Source: an uncultured Fibrobacteraceae bacterium (GTDB lineage Bacteria; Krumholzibacteriota; Krumholzibacteriia; LZORAL124-64-63). From it: DNA of 64,000 nt. The notes below the pieces were generated by a model. That model did not search any database. It was not told the DNA's origin and was given only the letters and a program-made list of their open reading frames with translations. Location: NCBI GenBank assembly GCA_964389015.1, contig CAYMCR010000001.1, forward strand, positions 86,040 through 150,039, written 5' to 3'. The number at the start of each line of letters is the position of its first letter. Within the stretch, counting starts at the first letter, position 1. Below are positions 22,127 to 30,168 of the stretch, piece after piece. A program made the translations under genes and the position numbers.

Positions 22127-24837
22127 TGAAGCGTCTGCGGTACTGGACGGGTTCTCTGCGCAACATGATGTGGTTTGTGACCGCTATGCTGTGCGCATTG
22201 TTCTGCCTGACCGGCGCCGCCGACGCCCAGTCCCCGCGTGCGGCGGACTATCTCGGCGACGAGAACCTGGTCATCCTCGAGGTACGCCTCGGCAACGAGG
22301 TCGTCAGCCCGGGCATGATCGCCTTCCAGCACCCCGGTGGCGTACTGATGCCGCTGGGCGTCCTGTCGGACATCCTGGAATTCGCCATCGAGGTCTCACC
22401 ACCACAGGGACAGGCCACCGGGTGGTTCATCGACGAGTCGCGTCGCTTTACCCTGGATCTGGCCACGAGTGCGGTCGTCAGCGACGGCCAGACCCATACC
22501 TGTCCGCCGAGCGCGGCGGCGCCGGACATCGACGACATCTACGTCGACACCGCCCAGCTCTCGACCTGGTTCCCCTTCACGATAGAGGTGAGGGTGGGGC
22601 AGCTCCTGGCCACGATCACCCCCAGCGAGACACTCCCCCTGCAGAGCCGGATCAAGCGCGAAGCCATCCGCACACGCCAGTTGGACCGGGAAGAGCTCGC
22701 AGCGCGTTTGCCGCTGCAGAAAGCGGAATACCGACTCTTCACGTGGCCACTCGTGGACGCCAATCTCGAGTACCGCGGCCGCGGTCCGGCCATGACGCCG
22801 CGCTTCTCGATCCAGAGCAGCGGCGACGTCGGCACGCTGGCGACCGACGTATTCGTAACGCACACCGAAGGGGCCAAGGTCATCAACGCGACACGGCTGC
22901 GCGCCGGCCGCACCGATGCCTACGGTGAACTCCTGGGTCCGCTGCGGGCTACCGAGTTCTCCTTCGGCGACCTCTATGCGCCCGGCACGCCGCTGGTCCT
23001 GCGAGGCAAACTGGGACGGGGCCTGCTGCTCTCCAACCGCCCCCTACGCCGGCCCGATCGGTTCGACAGCACGGAGATCATCGGCGACGGACCACCCGGC
23101 TGGGAGGTGGAGCTCTACGGCAACAACGCGCTGCTGGATTTCGCCACGATCGACGAGACGGGGCGCTACCTGTTCACCGACGTCCCGCTGGCCTTCGGCC
23201 GGAACACGTTCCGGACCGTGCTCTACGGTCCACAGGGCCAGACACGTGTGGTCACGCGCGTCATGAACGTCGGCGCGAGCATGATTGCACCCGGACAGTT
23301 GGAGTATCGGCTCTTCGGCGTCCAGGACGAACGCTTCCTCATCACGGGCGACGAACTCCTGGATGACACGCCGGACCGTGGCCATTGGACCGGCCACGTC
23401 GAGGCGGGTTACGGGCTCGGCAAGCGGCTCTCGTTGCTGGGCGGTTGGACGCGCCAGCCCCTGGAGGGCGTGGACCACGACTACGTGAGCCTGACCGCCA
23501 GCGGCAGTTTCGCGGGCTACGAGTTGCAGGCCGTCGGCGTGAACGCCCTCGACTTCGGCAACGCGGGCAGCTTCTCCCTGCGGGGACAACTGTTCGGCCG
23601 CACGCTGACTGCCGAACAGTTCCTCTACCGTGATTTCGTGAGCGACGCCAACCCCTTCGCACAGCAGCGGACCGATGAGACCCGCCTGCGCCTCGGCGGT
23701 GCCACTTCCTGGGGCGGTCGCAATCTCGCCTACGACCTGCAGGTGCAGACGACGGGCTACACCGGCCGGGGCATCACGAGACGTGACCAGGTACGGCTGC
23801 GTGCGGCCACCCTGTGGCGCGGCCTGCAGGTGAGTTCCAAACTCGATTACCGCAACAGCAAATCAACGCTCGGCACCTACGATCAGGTATTCCTGGATAA
23901 ACTCGCGCGGGGCATCTGGGGGCCGTTGCTGTTGCGGGGAGCGGTGAGCAGCAGCCTCCGGCCCACCACTTCCCTCAAGGCGGTCTCCGGCAGCGCCTAC
24001 TGGAGACCCCTGGGCAGACTACGGGTTGGAGCGCACGTCACGCACCGCTTCGACACCGCTGTGCCGACAACGCTGGGGGGTTCGCTAGGACTGGTGATGG
24101 ACACCTTCAACGTCGCCTTCAGCGCCAATGCCGCGGGCGATCAGAAGCCCTACCTGAGCCTCGCCGTCTCGACATCGGTGACGAAGATCCCGGAGACCAT
24201 GAGGATGCACGTGCAGCGGCAACGCATGTCGTCGGGTTACGGCGCCACGGCCAGGGTCTTTCTGGACCGCAACGCCAACGGACATTACGACGACCAGGAC
24301 GAGCCCCTGCCGGAGGTCCACATCAACGGCGCCGGAGCCTGGAACGAGGCGATCACCAGCGCGAACGGCATCACCTATCTGGCCGGTCTGCCCGCGCATC
24401 GCGAAAGGGATCTCGCGGTGGACCTGACGTCCCTGCAGGACCCCTTCCTGCTGCCCTCGCTCGATGGACTGCGCGCCACCGGACATCCGGGCAGCCACGT
24501 CGTGCTGGAGTTCCCGATCACCTATTCCGGCGACATCGAGGGCACCGTTTACGCCCGCACGCCGCGCGGTGACATCCCCCTGCGCAACATCGGCCTCGAA
24601 CTGGTCGACCTGACGCAACGCTCGGTGCGCAAGACGGTCAGCGAGTTCGACGGTTACTATCTCTTCCAGGAGATTCCGCCTGGCTGGTACGAGATCCACA
24701 TCATCCCGGAAACGCTCGTGCGCAAGAACCTGCGGATGCCGGCGCCGGTGGCTGCGGCGGTGCCGCCCGAGGGCGGGGTGTCTGACGGGAACGACTTCGT
24801 GTTGAGGTTCCGGGAGGAGCAGCGGGCATCGCGGTGA
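22126..24837 (+). CDS. Outer-membrane fimbrial usher protein (CsuD/PapC-like)
   Basis: About 900 aa. Signal peptide MKRLRYWTGSLRNMMWFVTAMLCALFCLTGAADA. Plug/barrel region ELYGNNALLDFATIDETGRYLFTDVPLAFGRNTFRTVLYGPQGQ is typical of ushers. Confidence 0.7.
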   Translation: MKRLRYWTGSLRNMMWFVTAMLCALFCLTGAADAQSPRAADYLGDENLVILEVRLGNEVVSPGMIAFQHPGGVLMPLGVLSDILEFAIEVSPPQGQATGWFIDESRRFTLDLATSAVVSDGQTHTCPPSAAAPDIDDIYVDTAQLSTWFPFTIEVRVGQLLATITPSETLPLQSRIKREAIRTRQLDREELAARLPLQKAEYRLFTWPLVDANLEYRGRGPAMTPRFSIQSSGDVGTLATDVFVTHTEGAKVINATRLRAGRTDAYGELLGPLRATEFSFGDLYAPGTPLVLRGKLGRGLLLSNRPLRRPDRFDSTEIIGDGPPGWEVELYGNNALLDFATIDETGRYLFTDVPLAFGRNTFRTVLYGPQGQTRVVTRVMNVGASMIAPGQLEYRLFGVQDERFLITGDELLDDTPDRGHWTGHVEAGYGLGKRLSLLGGWTRQPLEGVDHDYVSLTASGSFAGYELQAVGVNALDFGNAGSFSLRGQLFGRTLTAEQFLYRDFVSDANPFAQQRTDETRLRLGGATSWGGRNLAYDLQVQTTGYTGRGITRRDQVRLRAATLWRGLQVSSKLDYRNSKSTLGTYDQVFLDKLARGIWGPLLLRGAVSSSLRPTTSLKAVSGSAYWRPLGRLRVGAHVTHRFDTAVPTTLGGSLGLVMDTFNVAFSANAAGDQKPYLSLAVSTSVTKIPETMRMHVQRQRMSSGYGATARVFLDRNANGHYDDQDEPLPEVHINGAGAWNEAITSANGITYLAGLPAHRERDLAVDLTSLQDPFLLPSLDGLRATGHPGSHVVLEFPITYSGDIEGTVYARTPRGDIPLRNIGLELVDLTQRSVRKTVSEFDGYYLFQEIPPGWYEIHIIPETLVRKNLRMPAPVAAAVPPEGGVSDGNDFVLRFREEQRASR

Positions 24838-25142
24838 GGGAGGCCAACCGCACCCAACTGCTGCCCGCTACGCTGAATGACCGGACGGAGAACCTCGACC
24901 AAGGTGCAGGAACCGGAACCGCCGCCGTCCCACCCTACCAGTCATAGTTTACATGTGTAAATACGACGCGGCTGGAGTGCGGCCGGAACGCGGCCCGAAA
25001 CCGGTTCCGGTCACAGTAGTGCAATGCGATGCCCTCATCCAGGATCCAGGTCAGCTCAACCGCCCATTCATTTCACCAATAACACGCCGGGCCGCCCTTA
25101 GACCAGGACCAGCCCTGGACCGAGCAATCGCATGAAAAAGCA

Positions 25143-25167
25143 GGGAGTCGACAGATAGCTAACTCCC
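25143..25167. terminator. Bidirectional terminator hairpin at the 3' side of tRNA-Ala
   Basis: GGGAGT-cgacagatagctaa-ACTCCC, flanked by T-runs on both strands (TGCTTTTTC on minus, GCTTTTCAATGTTTT on plus). Confidence 0.45.
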
Positions 25168-25184
25168 CGCTTTTCAATGTTTTG

Positions 25185-25260
25185 TGGTGGAGCCAAGGGG
25201 GATCGAACCCCTGACCTCATGACTGCCAGTCATGCGCTCTCCCAGCTGAGCTATGGCCCC
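25185..25260 (-). tRNA. tRNA-Ala (anticodon GGC)
   Basis: Reverse complement GGGGCCATAGCTCAGCTGGGAGAGCGCATGACTGGCAGTCATGAGGTCAGGGGTTCGATCCCCCTTGGCTCCACCA. G3:U70 Ala identity pair, anticodon loop CUGGCAG, encoded CCA. 76 nt. Confidence 0.85.
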
Positions 25261-25271
25261 ACCGAGCCGAC

Positions 25272-25302
25272 ATAATATGGGTCAACCGCTACGGACTGTC
25301 AA
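25272..25302 (-). promoter_or_regulatory. Sigma70-like promoter candidate for tRNA-Ala
   Basis: Minus strand TTGACA-N19-TATTAT ending about 11 nt before the tRNA 5' end. Spacer is slightly long. Confidence 0.25.
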
Positions 25303-25326
25303 ATGGGTTTCGGGGACCCGGTTGCC

Positions 25327-25355
25327 TTGACGCAGCCCCTTCAGCGACTTATCAT
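25327..25355 (+). promoter_or_regulatory. Sigma70-like promoter candidate for tRNA-Leu
   Basis: TTGACG-N17-TATCAT ending 11 nt upstream of the tRNA start. Confidence 0.3.
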
Positions 25356-25366
25356 GACCGACCGGT

Positions 25367-25453
25367 GCCGGAGTGGTGGAATTGGTAGACGCGTCGGACT
25401 CAAAATCCGGTGGCCTTCGGGTCGTGTGGGTTCAAGTCCCACCTCCGGCACCA
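25367..25453 (+). tRNA. tRNA-Leu (anticodon CAA), long variable arm
   Basis: GCCGGAGTGGTGGAATTGGTAGACGCGTCGGACTCAAAATCCGGTGGCCTTCGGGTCGTGTGGGTTCAAGTCCCACCTCCGGCACCA. Acceptor GCCGGAG/CUCCGGC, anticodon loop CUCAAAA, encoded CCA. 87 nt. Confidence 0.85.
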
Positions 25454-25468
25454 GATAGCTAAAAGCAA

Positions 25469-25497
25469 GGGGCGGCTCGCGTGAGCCGCCCCTTTTT
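25469..25497. terminator. Bidirectional rho-independent terminator (tRNA-Leu on plus, pruA on minus)
   Basis: GGGGCGGCTC-gcgt-GAGCCGCCCC followed by TTTTTCTT. A U-rich tract is also present on the opposite strand. Confidence 0.6.
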
Positions 25498-25517
25498 CTT
25501 GTCCTGCCCTTCGCCGA

Positions 25518-27155
25518 CTACTTCTTGGCCATGAACGGATAGCGGTAGTCGAGCGGAGGATCGAAGGTCTCCTTGATGGTGCGCGGGCTGGTCCAGCGAA
25601 TCAGGTTCAGGTACGACCCGGCCTTGTCGTTGGTGCCCGAGGCCCGACTGCCGCCGAAGGGCTGCTGCCCGACGACCGCGCCGGTCGGCTTGTCGTTGAT
25701 GTAGAAGTTGCCGGCCGTGCCCACGAGCTCTTCGCGCGCCTGCTCGATGGCGACCCGGTCCCGTCCGAAGACGGCGCCGGTCAACGCGTAGGGCGAGCCC
25801 TGGTCGCAGAGCCGCAGCGTCTTGAGCCAGTCCTGCTCGTCGTAGACGTAGATGGTCAGCACGGGCCCGAAGATTTCCTCGCGCATGGTCACGAAATCGG
25901 GCGTGCCGGCCAAGATGACCGTGGGCTCGATGAAGTAGCCCTTGGTGTCGTCGCAGCCGCCGCCGGCGATGATCTTGGCCTGCCGCTGGGGTGCCTTCTT
26001 TGCCGCCTCGATGTAGCCCTTGATGCTGTCGAAAGCCCCGTGGTCGATCACCGCGCCGAGGAAGTTGGTGTAATCGGCGGGGTCGCCCATCTTGATCGTC
26101 TTGACCTGCTCGAGCAACAACGGCTGGACCTGTTTCCAGAGCGTCTTGGGGATGTAGGCCCGACTGGCGGCCGAGCACTTCTGGCCCTGGTATTCGAAGG
26201 CGCCGCGGATCAGGGCAGTCGTCAGGGCCTGCGGCTCTGCGCTCTCGTGGGCGAAGACGAAGTCCTTGCCGCCGGTCTCCCCCACGATACGCGGGTAGCG
26301 CCCGTAGATGTCCAGGTTCTTGCCGATGGTCGCCCACATGCCGTTGAACACCGCGGTGCTGCCGGTGAAATGCACACCGGCCAGGTCGGGATGCGCCAGT
26401 ACCGGATCGCCCACCTGACCGCCGCTGCCGGGGATCAAGTTGATCACGCCGTCGGGCAGACCGGCTTCCTTGAGCAGCTCCATCAACCAGTACGCGGCGT
26501 AGACCGCGCTCGAGGCGGGCTTCCACAGTACCGTGTTGCCCATCAGGGCGGGTGCGGTGGGCAGATTGCCGGCGATGCTCGTAAAGTTGAAGGGGGTCAC
26601 GGCGAAGACGAAGCCGTCCAGGGGACGCTGCTCCAGCATGTTCCACATGCCGGGCGCGGACTCGGGCTGCTCGCTCATGATGTCGTGGTAGAAGGCGACG
26701 TTGAAACGCCAGAAGTCGATCAGTTCGCAGGCGGCGTCGATCTCGGCCTGGAAGCACGTCTTGGACTGGCCGAGCATGGTCGCCGCATTGAGCGTATTGC
26801 GCCAGCGACCGGCCAGGAGGTCGGCGGCCTTCAGGAAGATCGCGGCGCGCGCTTCCCAGTTCATCCCCGCCCACTTCTTCTTGGCCTTGCTGGCGGCGGC
26901 GGCGGCTGCCTTCACTTCCTTGGGACCGGCCTTGTGGTAGGTTCCCAGCAGATGCGCGTGATCGTGGGGCACGCGGCACTCGCCCAGGTCGTTGGTGCGG
27001 ATTTCCTTGCCGCCGATGACCACGGGGATATCGATGGTCTGCGCGGCCAATTCCTTCATTTTGGCCTTCAATTCGGCACGTTCGGGCGAACCAGGCTGAA
27101 AACCGAGCACGGGCTCGTTGAAGGGTACCGGGGGCATGGGCAGCATATTGGACAT
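25518..27155 (-). CDS. pruA: L-glutamate gamma-semialdehyde (1-pyrroline-5-carboxylate) dehydrogenase
   Basis: 545 aa from the MSNMLPMPP ATG. Aldehyde dehydrogenase catalytic region FEYQGQKCSAASRAYI and the N-terminal extension typical of RocA/PruA. Confidence 0.8.
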   Translation of the reverse strand: MSNMLPMPPVPFNEPVLGFQPGSPERAELKAKMKELAAQTIDIPVVIGGKEIRTNDLGECRVPHDHAHLLGTYHKAGPKEVKAAAAAASKAKKKWAGMNWEARAAIFLKAADLLAGRWRNTLNAATMLGQSKTCFQAEIDAACELIDFWRFNVAFYHDIMSEQPESAPGMWNMLEQRPLDGFVFAVTPFNFTSIAGNLPTAPALMGNTVLWKPASSAVYAAYWLMELLKEAGLPDGVINLIPGSGGQVGDPVLAHPDLAGVHFTGSTAVFNGMWATIGKNLDIYGRYPRIVGETGGKDFVFAHESAEPQALTTALIRGAFEYQGQKCSAASRAYIPKTLWKQVQPLLLEQVKTIKMGDPADYTNFLGAVIDHGAFDSIKGYIEAAKKAPQRQAKIIAGGGCDDTKGYFIEPTVILAGTPDFVTMREEIFGPVLTIYVYDEQDWLKTLRLCDQGSPYALTGAVFGRDRVAIEQAREELVGTAGNFYINDKPTGAVVGQQPFGGSRASGTNDKAGSYLNLIRWTSPRTIKETFDPPLDYRYPFMAKK

Positions 27156-27371
27156 GGCTTTCCTCCAGGGATCCGGCGTACCGGAAGTAGTGACGCATGC
27201 TTTGCGACGCACATCGCGTCGCGGCCTCGGATCGACCGTCTGGCGTACAGGCGAACAATGCGAAAACGGGCCCGAATTGGCAACCTCAATCCGGTCCTTC
27301 CGAACTCGCCAGATGTCAACAAATCTGTTAGATTGGGCAACCTGAATCAGTTACACAGAGGAGAGATCACG

Positions 27372-28400
27372 ATGACACAAGCTGGCAACCTCATGAACGT
27401 CGAGGCACATATCCTGGACCTCCAACGCCTGCACCCCAGCGCCAGCGGCGACTTCACGAGCCTGCTCAACGACATCTCCTTCGCCGCCAAGATCATCGCC
27501 CGCGAGGTGGGCCACGCCGGTTTGGTCGAGGATATCCTGGGCTCCACCGGCGAGGAGAACGTACAGGGTGAAGTCGTCCAGAAACTCGATGATTACGCCA
27601 ACCGCGCCATGCTGCGTTGCCTGGGGCGGCGCGGACAGGTCTGCCTGCTCGCTTCCGAGGAGCTGGAGAAGCCGGTCCTGCGGGAAGTCGGCAGCGGCAG
27701 CGGCGACTACGTGGTGGTCTTCGACCCGCTCGACGGCTCCAGCAACATCGATGCGAACGTGAGCATCGGCACCATCTTCTCCATCTACCGGCGACGTACT
27801 CTCAGCGGTGTGCCCGGTGACGAGGATCTGCTGCAGCCGGGCAGCGAGTTGCTGGCGGCCGGTTATGTCATATACGGTTCCTCGACCATGTTCGTCTACA
27901 CGACGGGCCACGGCGTGCACGGCTTCACGTTGGATCCGAGCATCGGCGAGTTTCTGCTCAGCCACGAGAACATACGCATGCCCTTCGCCGCGCAGATATA
28001 CTCCGTCAACGAGGGCAACGAGCCGCACTGGTCACCCACCGTGCGCGAGATCGTGCGCCGGCTCAAGTACGGACGCAGCGATGACAACCCGGGGCTCACC
28101 GCCCGTTACATCGGCTCCCTGGTCGCCGATTTCCACCGCAATCTGCTGTACGGCGGCGTCTTCCTGTATCCGGCCGACGAAGGACACACGGACGGTAAGC
28201 TGCGGCTCTTGTACGAGGCCGCCCCCCTGGCGCTGATCGCCGAGCATGCGGGCGGTTATGCGAGCGATGGTCGGGGGTCTATTCTGGAGATCCAGCCAGT
28301 CGATCTGCACCAGCGGGTGCCCCTGTTCATCGGCAGCCGCGAGAACGTGCTCTGGATCGAGAAGATGCTGGCCGACCCCTCACTCGAAGCCGGCCTCTGA
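27372..28400 (+). CDS. fbp: Fructose-1,6-bisphosphatase class I
   Basis: GGAGAG RBS. VVVFDPLDGSSNIDANVSIGTIFSIY metal-binding motif and GKLRLLYEAAPLALIAEHAGG signature. 342 aa. Confidence 0.85.
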   Translation: MTQAGNLMNVEAHILDLQRLHPSASGDFTSLLNDISFAAKIIAREVGHAGLVEDILGSTGEENVQGEVVQKLDDYANRAMLRCLGRRGQVCLLASEELEKPVLREVGSGSGDYVVVFDPLDGSSNIDANVSIGTIFSIYRRRTLSGVPGDEDLLQPGSELLAAGYVIYGSSTMFVYTTGHGVHGFTLDPSIGEFLLSHENIRMPFAAQIYSVNEGNEPHWSPTVREIVRRLKYGRSDDNPGLTARYIGSLVADFHRNLLYGGVFLYPADEGHTDGKLRLLYEAAPLALIAEHAGGYASDGRGSILEIQPVDLHQRVPLFIGSRENVLWIEKMLADPSLEAGL

Positions 28401-28426
28401 GATTGATCCGGGGATGAAGGCTGGGC

Positions 28427-28750
28427 CTATTCGCGTCCTTCGATCTGCAGCCCCTTGGTCTCGGTGACCAGCGCGAGGGCCATGTTCTTGCAGCGCGGGC
28501 GGTGCGACGTGCCGGCGGGGATCAGGATCGCTTCTCCCTGTTTCACGGTCACCGTCTCGGCGTTCATCTCGATGTCGATCATGCCTTCCATGATGTAGAT
28601 GAACTCGTCGGCCGAATGACTGTGGGCGATGTAATCGCCGCTGTAGCGGACTATGAAGGAATGATAGGCGCCATCGAGTTCCGTGATCTCCACCGGACGG
28701 AAAGGTTGGGACAGGTCGCGCGCCATCTTCAGGACAGGGATCTTCTTCAT
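28427..28750 (-). CDS. Cupin-domain protein
   Basis: 107 aa. HSHSADEFIYIMEGMIDIE...GEAILIPAGTSHRP is a two-motif cupin signature. Confidence 0.6.
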   Translation of the reverse strand: MKKIPVLKMARDLSQPFRPVEITELDGAYHSFIVRYSGDYIAHSHSADEFIYIMEGMIDIEMNAETVTVKQGEAILIPAGTSHRPRCKNMALALVTETKGLQIEGRE

Positions 28751-28772
28751 CTCGCCTCCGTTCCAAATTTCC

Positions 28773-29552
28773 TCACGGTCTCGACAGCTCTGCTTCGGCC
28801 AGGGCGGCTTGTTCCGAAGCGGGGTACTCCCCCGTCAGCTGCTCCAGGAAGCGCCGGGCCGCCGCGTCGTCAGCCATGGCCTGTGCGGCGAAGACGGCTT
28901 TGAGCAGAGCGTCGGCACGCCTGTCGGCGTCGCGCGGCCCGTCGATCACGCCTTGCAGATACTTCAGGGCTTGCTGGTACTCGCCGTCGGCGTAGGCCAT
29001 CTCGCCCAGCCAGTAGCCAGCATCGTCGGTCAGCTCGGAGCGCCCGTAGCGGTCCAGGAACTCCCCAAAGCCCTCGGCCGCTGCCGCCGTGTTGCCGCGG
29101 TCACGGTCCAGCAAGGCGGCGTTGAAGAGGGCACGCCCCTCCTCCGGCAGGACGTCGAGTTCGGCGGCGTCGCCGGCGACGGTCTTGTATTCACCGATGG
29201 TCGGCAAGCCGAGACGAGTGGTCAGCAGGTCGACCCGGGCGGAGAGATTGCGCATGAACTCGTTGTTGTCGTCGAGCTTGTGGTCGATGCGGTCCATCTT
29301 GCTGAGCAGCTGCGAGATCTTGGCCTGCAGGATCGCCGAGGATTCCAGACCGGTGTCCTGATCGGAGCGCAGGAACGCGTTGAGGCTCTCCACCTCCTGC
29401 CGGACGACCATCTGCTCGTCGCGCACCTGTTGTATCTCGTCGCGATTGCGCTCGACGGCGGACTCGATGTGCTCGAATTGCGGACTGCAGCCTGCCGCCA
29501 GCAACAGGGCCGGCAGCATGTGCAGTGTCCAGCGGGTATGTCCGCGCATCAC
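28773..29552 (-). CDS. cpoB: Tol-Pal system protein CpoB/YbgF-like lipoprotein (coiled coil + TPR)
   Basis: Lipobox LLAAGCS, N-terminal coiled coil, C-terminal TPR-like repeats. Located immediately downstream of pal. Confidence 0.6.
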   Translation of the reverse strand: MMRGHTRWTLHMLPALLLAAGCSPQFEHIESAVERNRDEIQQVRDEQMVVRQEVESLNAFLRSDQDTGLESSAILQAKISQLLSKMDRIDHKLDDNNEFMRNLSARVDLLTTRLGLPTIGEYKTVAGDAAELDVLPEEGRALFNAALLDRDRGNTAAAAEGFGEFLDRYGRSELTDDAGYWLGEMAYADGEYQQALKYLQGVIDGPRDADRRADALLKAVFAAQAMADDAAARRFLEQLTGEYPASEQAALAEAELSRP

Positions 29553-29557
29553 GACTC

Positions 29558-30097
29558 CTACGGACGCGAGAAGTGGCCCCGGCGATTCAGTGCCCAGGCA
29601 CTCTCGTTGCTACCGAACGCGAAGGGACGTTCCTCGCCGTAAGAGGTTATCCGCAGCTGGCTGGCCGGGAGGCCCAGCGACACCAGGTAGTCACGGACGG
29701 CGACGGCGCGCTTTTCGCCCAGCGCCAGGTTGTATTCCACGGTGCCGCGCTCGTCGCAGTGCCCCTCGATAACGTAGACCAGGTCGTCATGCGACCGCAT
29801 GATCCGGGCGCCGGCGCTCAGCGTGCTCATGGCCTCGTCCGACAGACTGTACTCGTCGAAGGCGAAGAACACGTCTTCGATGCCGTACTCCTGAGGCTCC
29901 ATGCTCGCGTAGTCGAGCGGCGCGGGCTCGTCGGGAACCGTCTGGGTGGGCTCCTCGGGAGTGGGCTTCACATCGATAGGCTCGGTGACGACCTGCGTGG
30001 GATCCGTCACTACGGGGGGCTCTTCCTTGGCTCCGCAGCCCGCGATCACGAGCAGGGCTGCCAACATGACACTCACCATCAATAATGTCCGGTACAT
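29558..30097 (-). CDS. pal: Peptidoglycan-associated lipoprotein Pal (OmpA-like)
   Basis: Lipobox LVIAGCG. OmpA-like domain FAFDEYSLSDEAMSTLSAGARIMRSHDDLVYVIEGHCDERGTVEYNLALGEKRAVAV. Confidence 0.85.
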   Translation of the reverse strand: MYRTLLMVSVMLAALLVIAGCGAKEEPPVVTDPTQVVTEPIDVKPTPEEPTQTVPDEPAPLDYASMEPQEYGIEDVFFAFDEYSLSDEAMSTLSAGARIMRSHDDLVYVIEGHCDERGTVEYNLALGEKRAVAVRDYLVSLGLPASQLRITSYGEERPFAFGSNESAWALNRRGHFSRP

Positions 30098-30168
30098 GAT
30101 GACGAGACTCCTTTCCAGCTAGCGCTGTAATGGTCGGTTCTGGTACCCGCGAAATCTAACACGCAACA

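Noticed and set aside
25143-25500. tRNA pair plus flanking direct repeat as an integrated mobile element or genomic island boundary.
   Set aside because: No integrase, recombinase, transposase or GC/codon shift is present on either side. The flanking genes are core (fimbrial operon, pruA). Kept only as a repeat observation.
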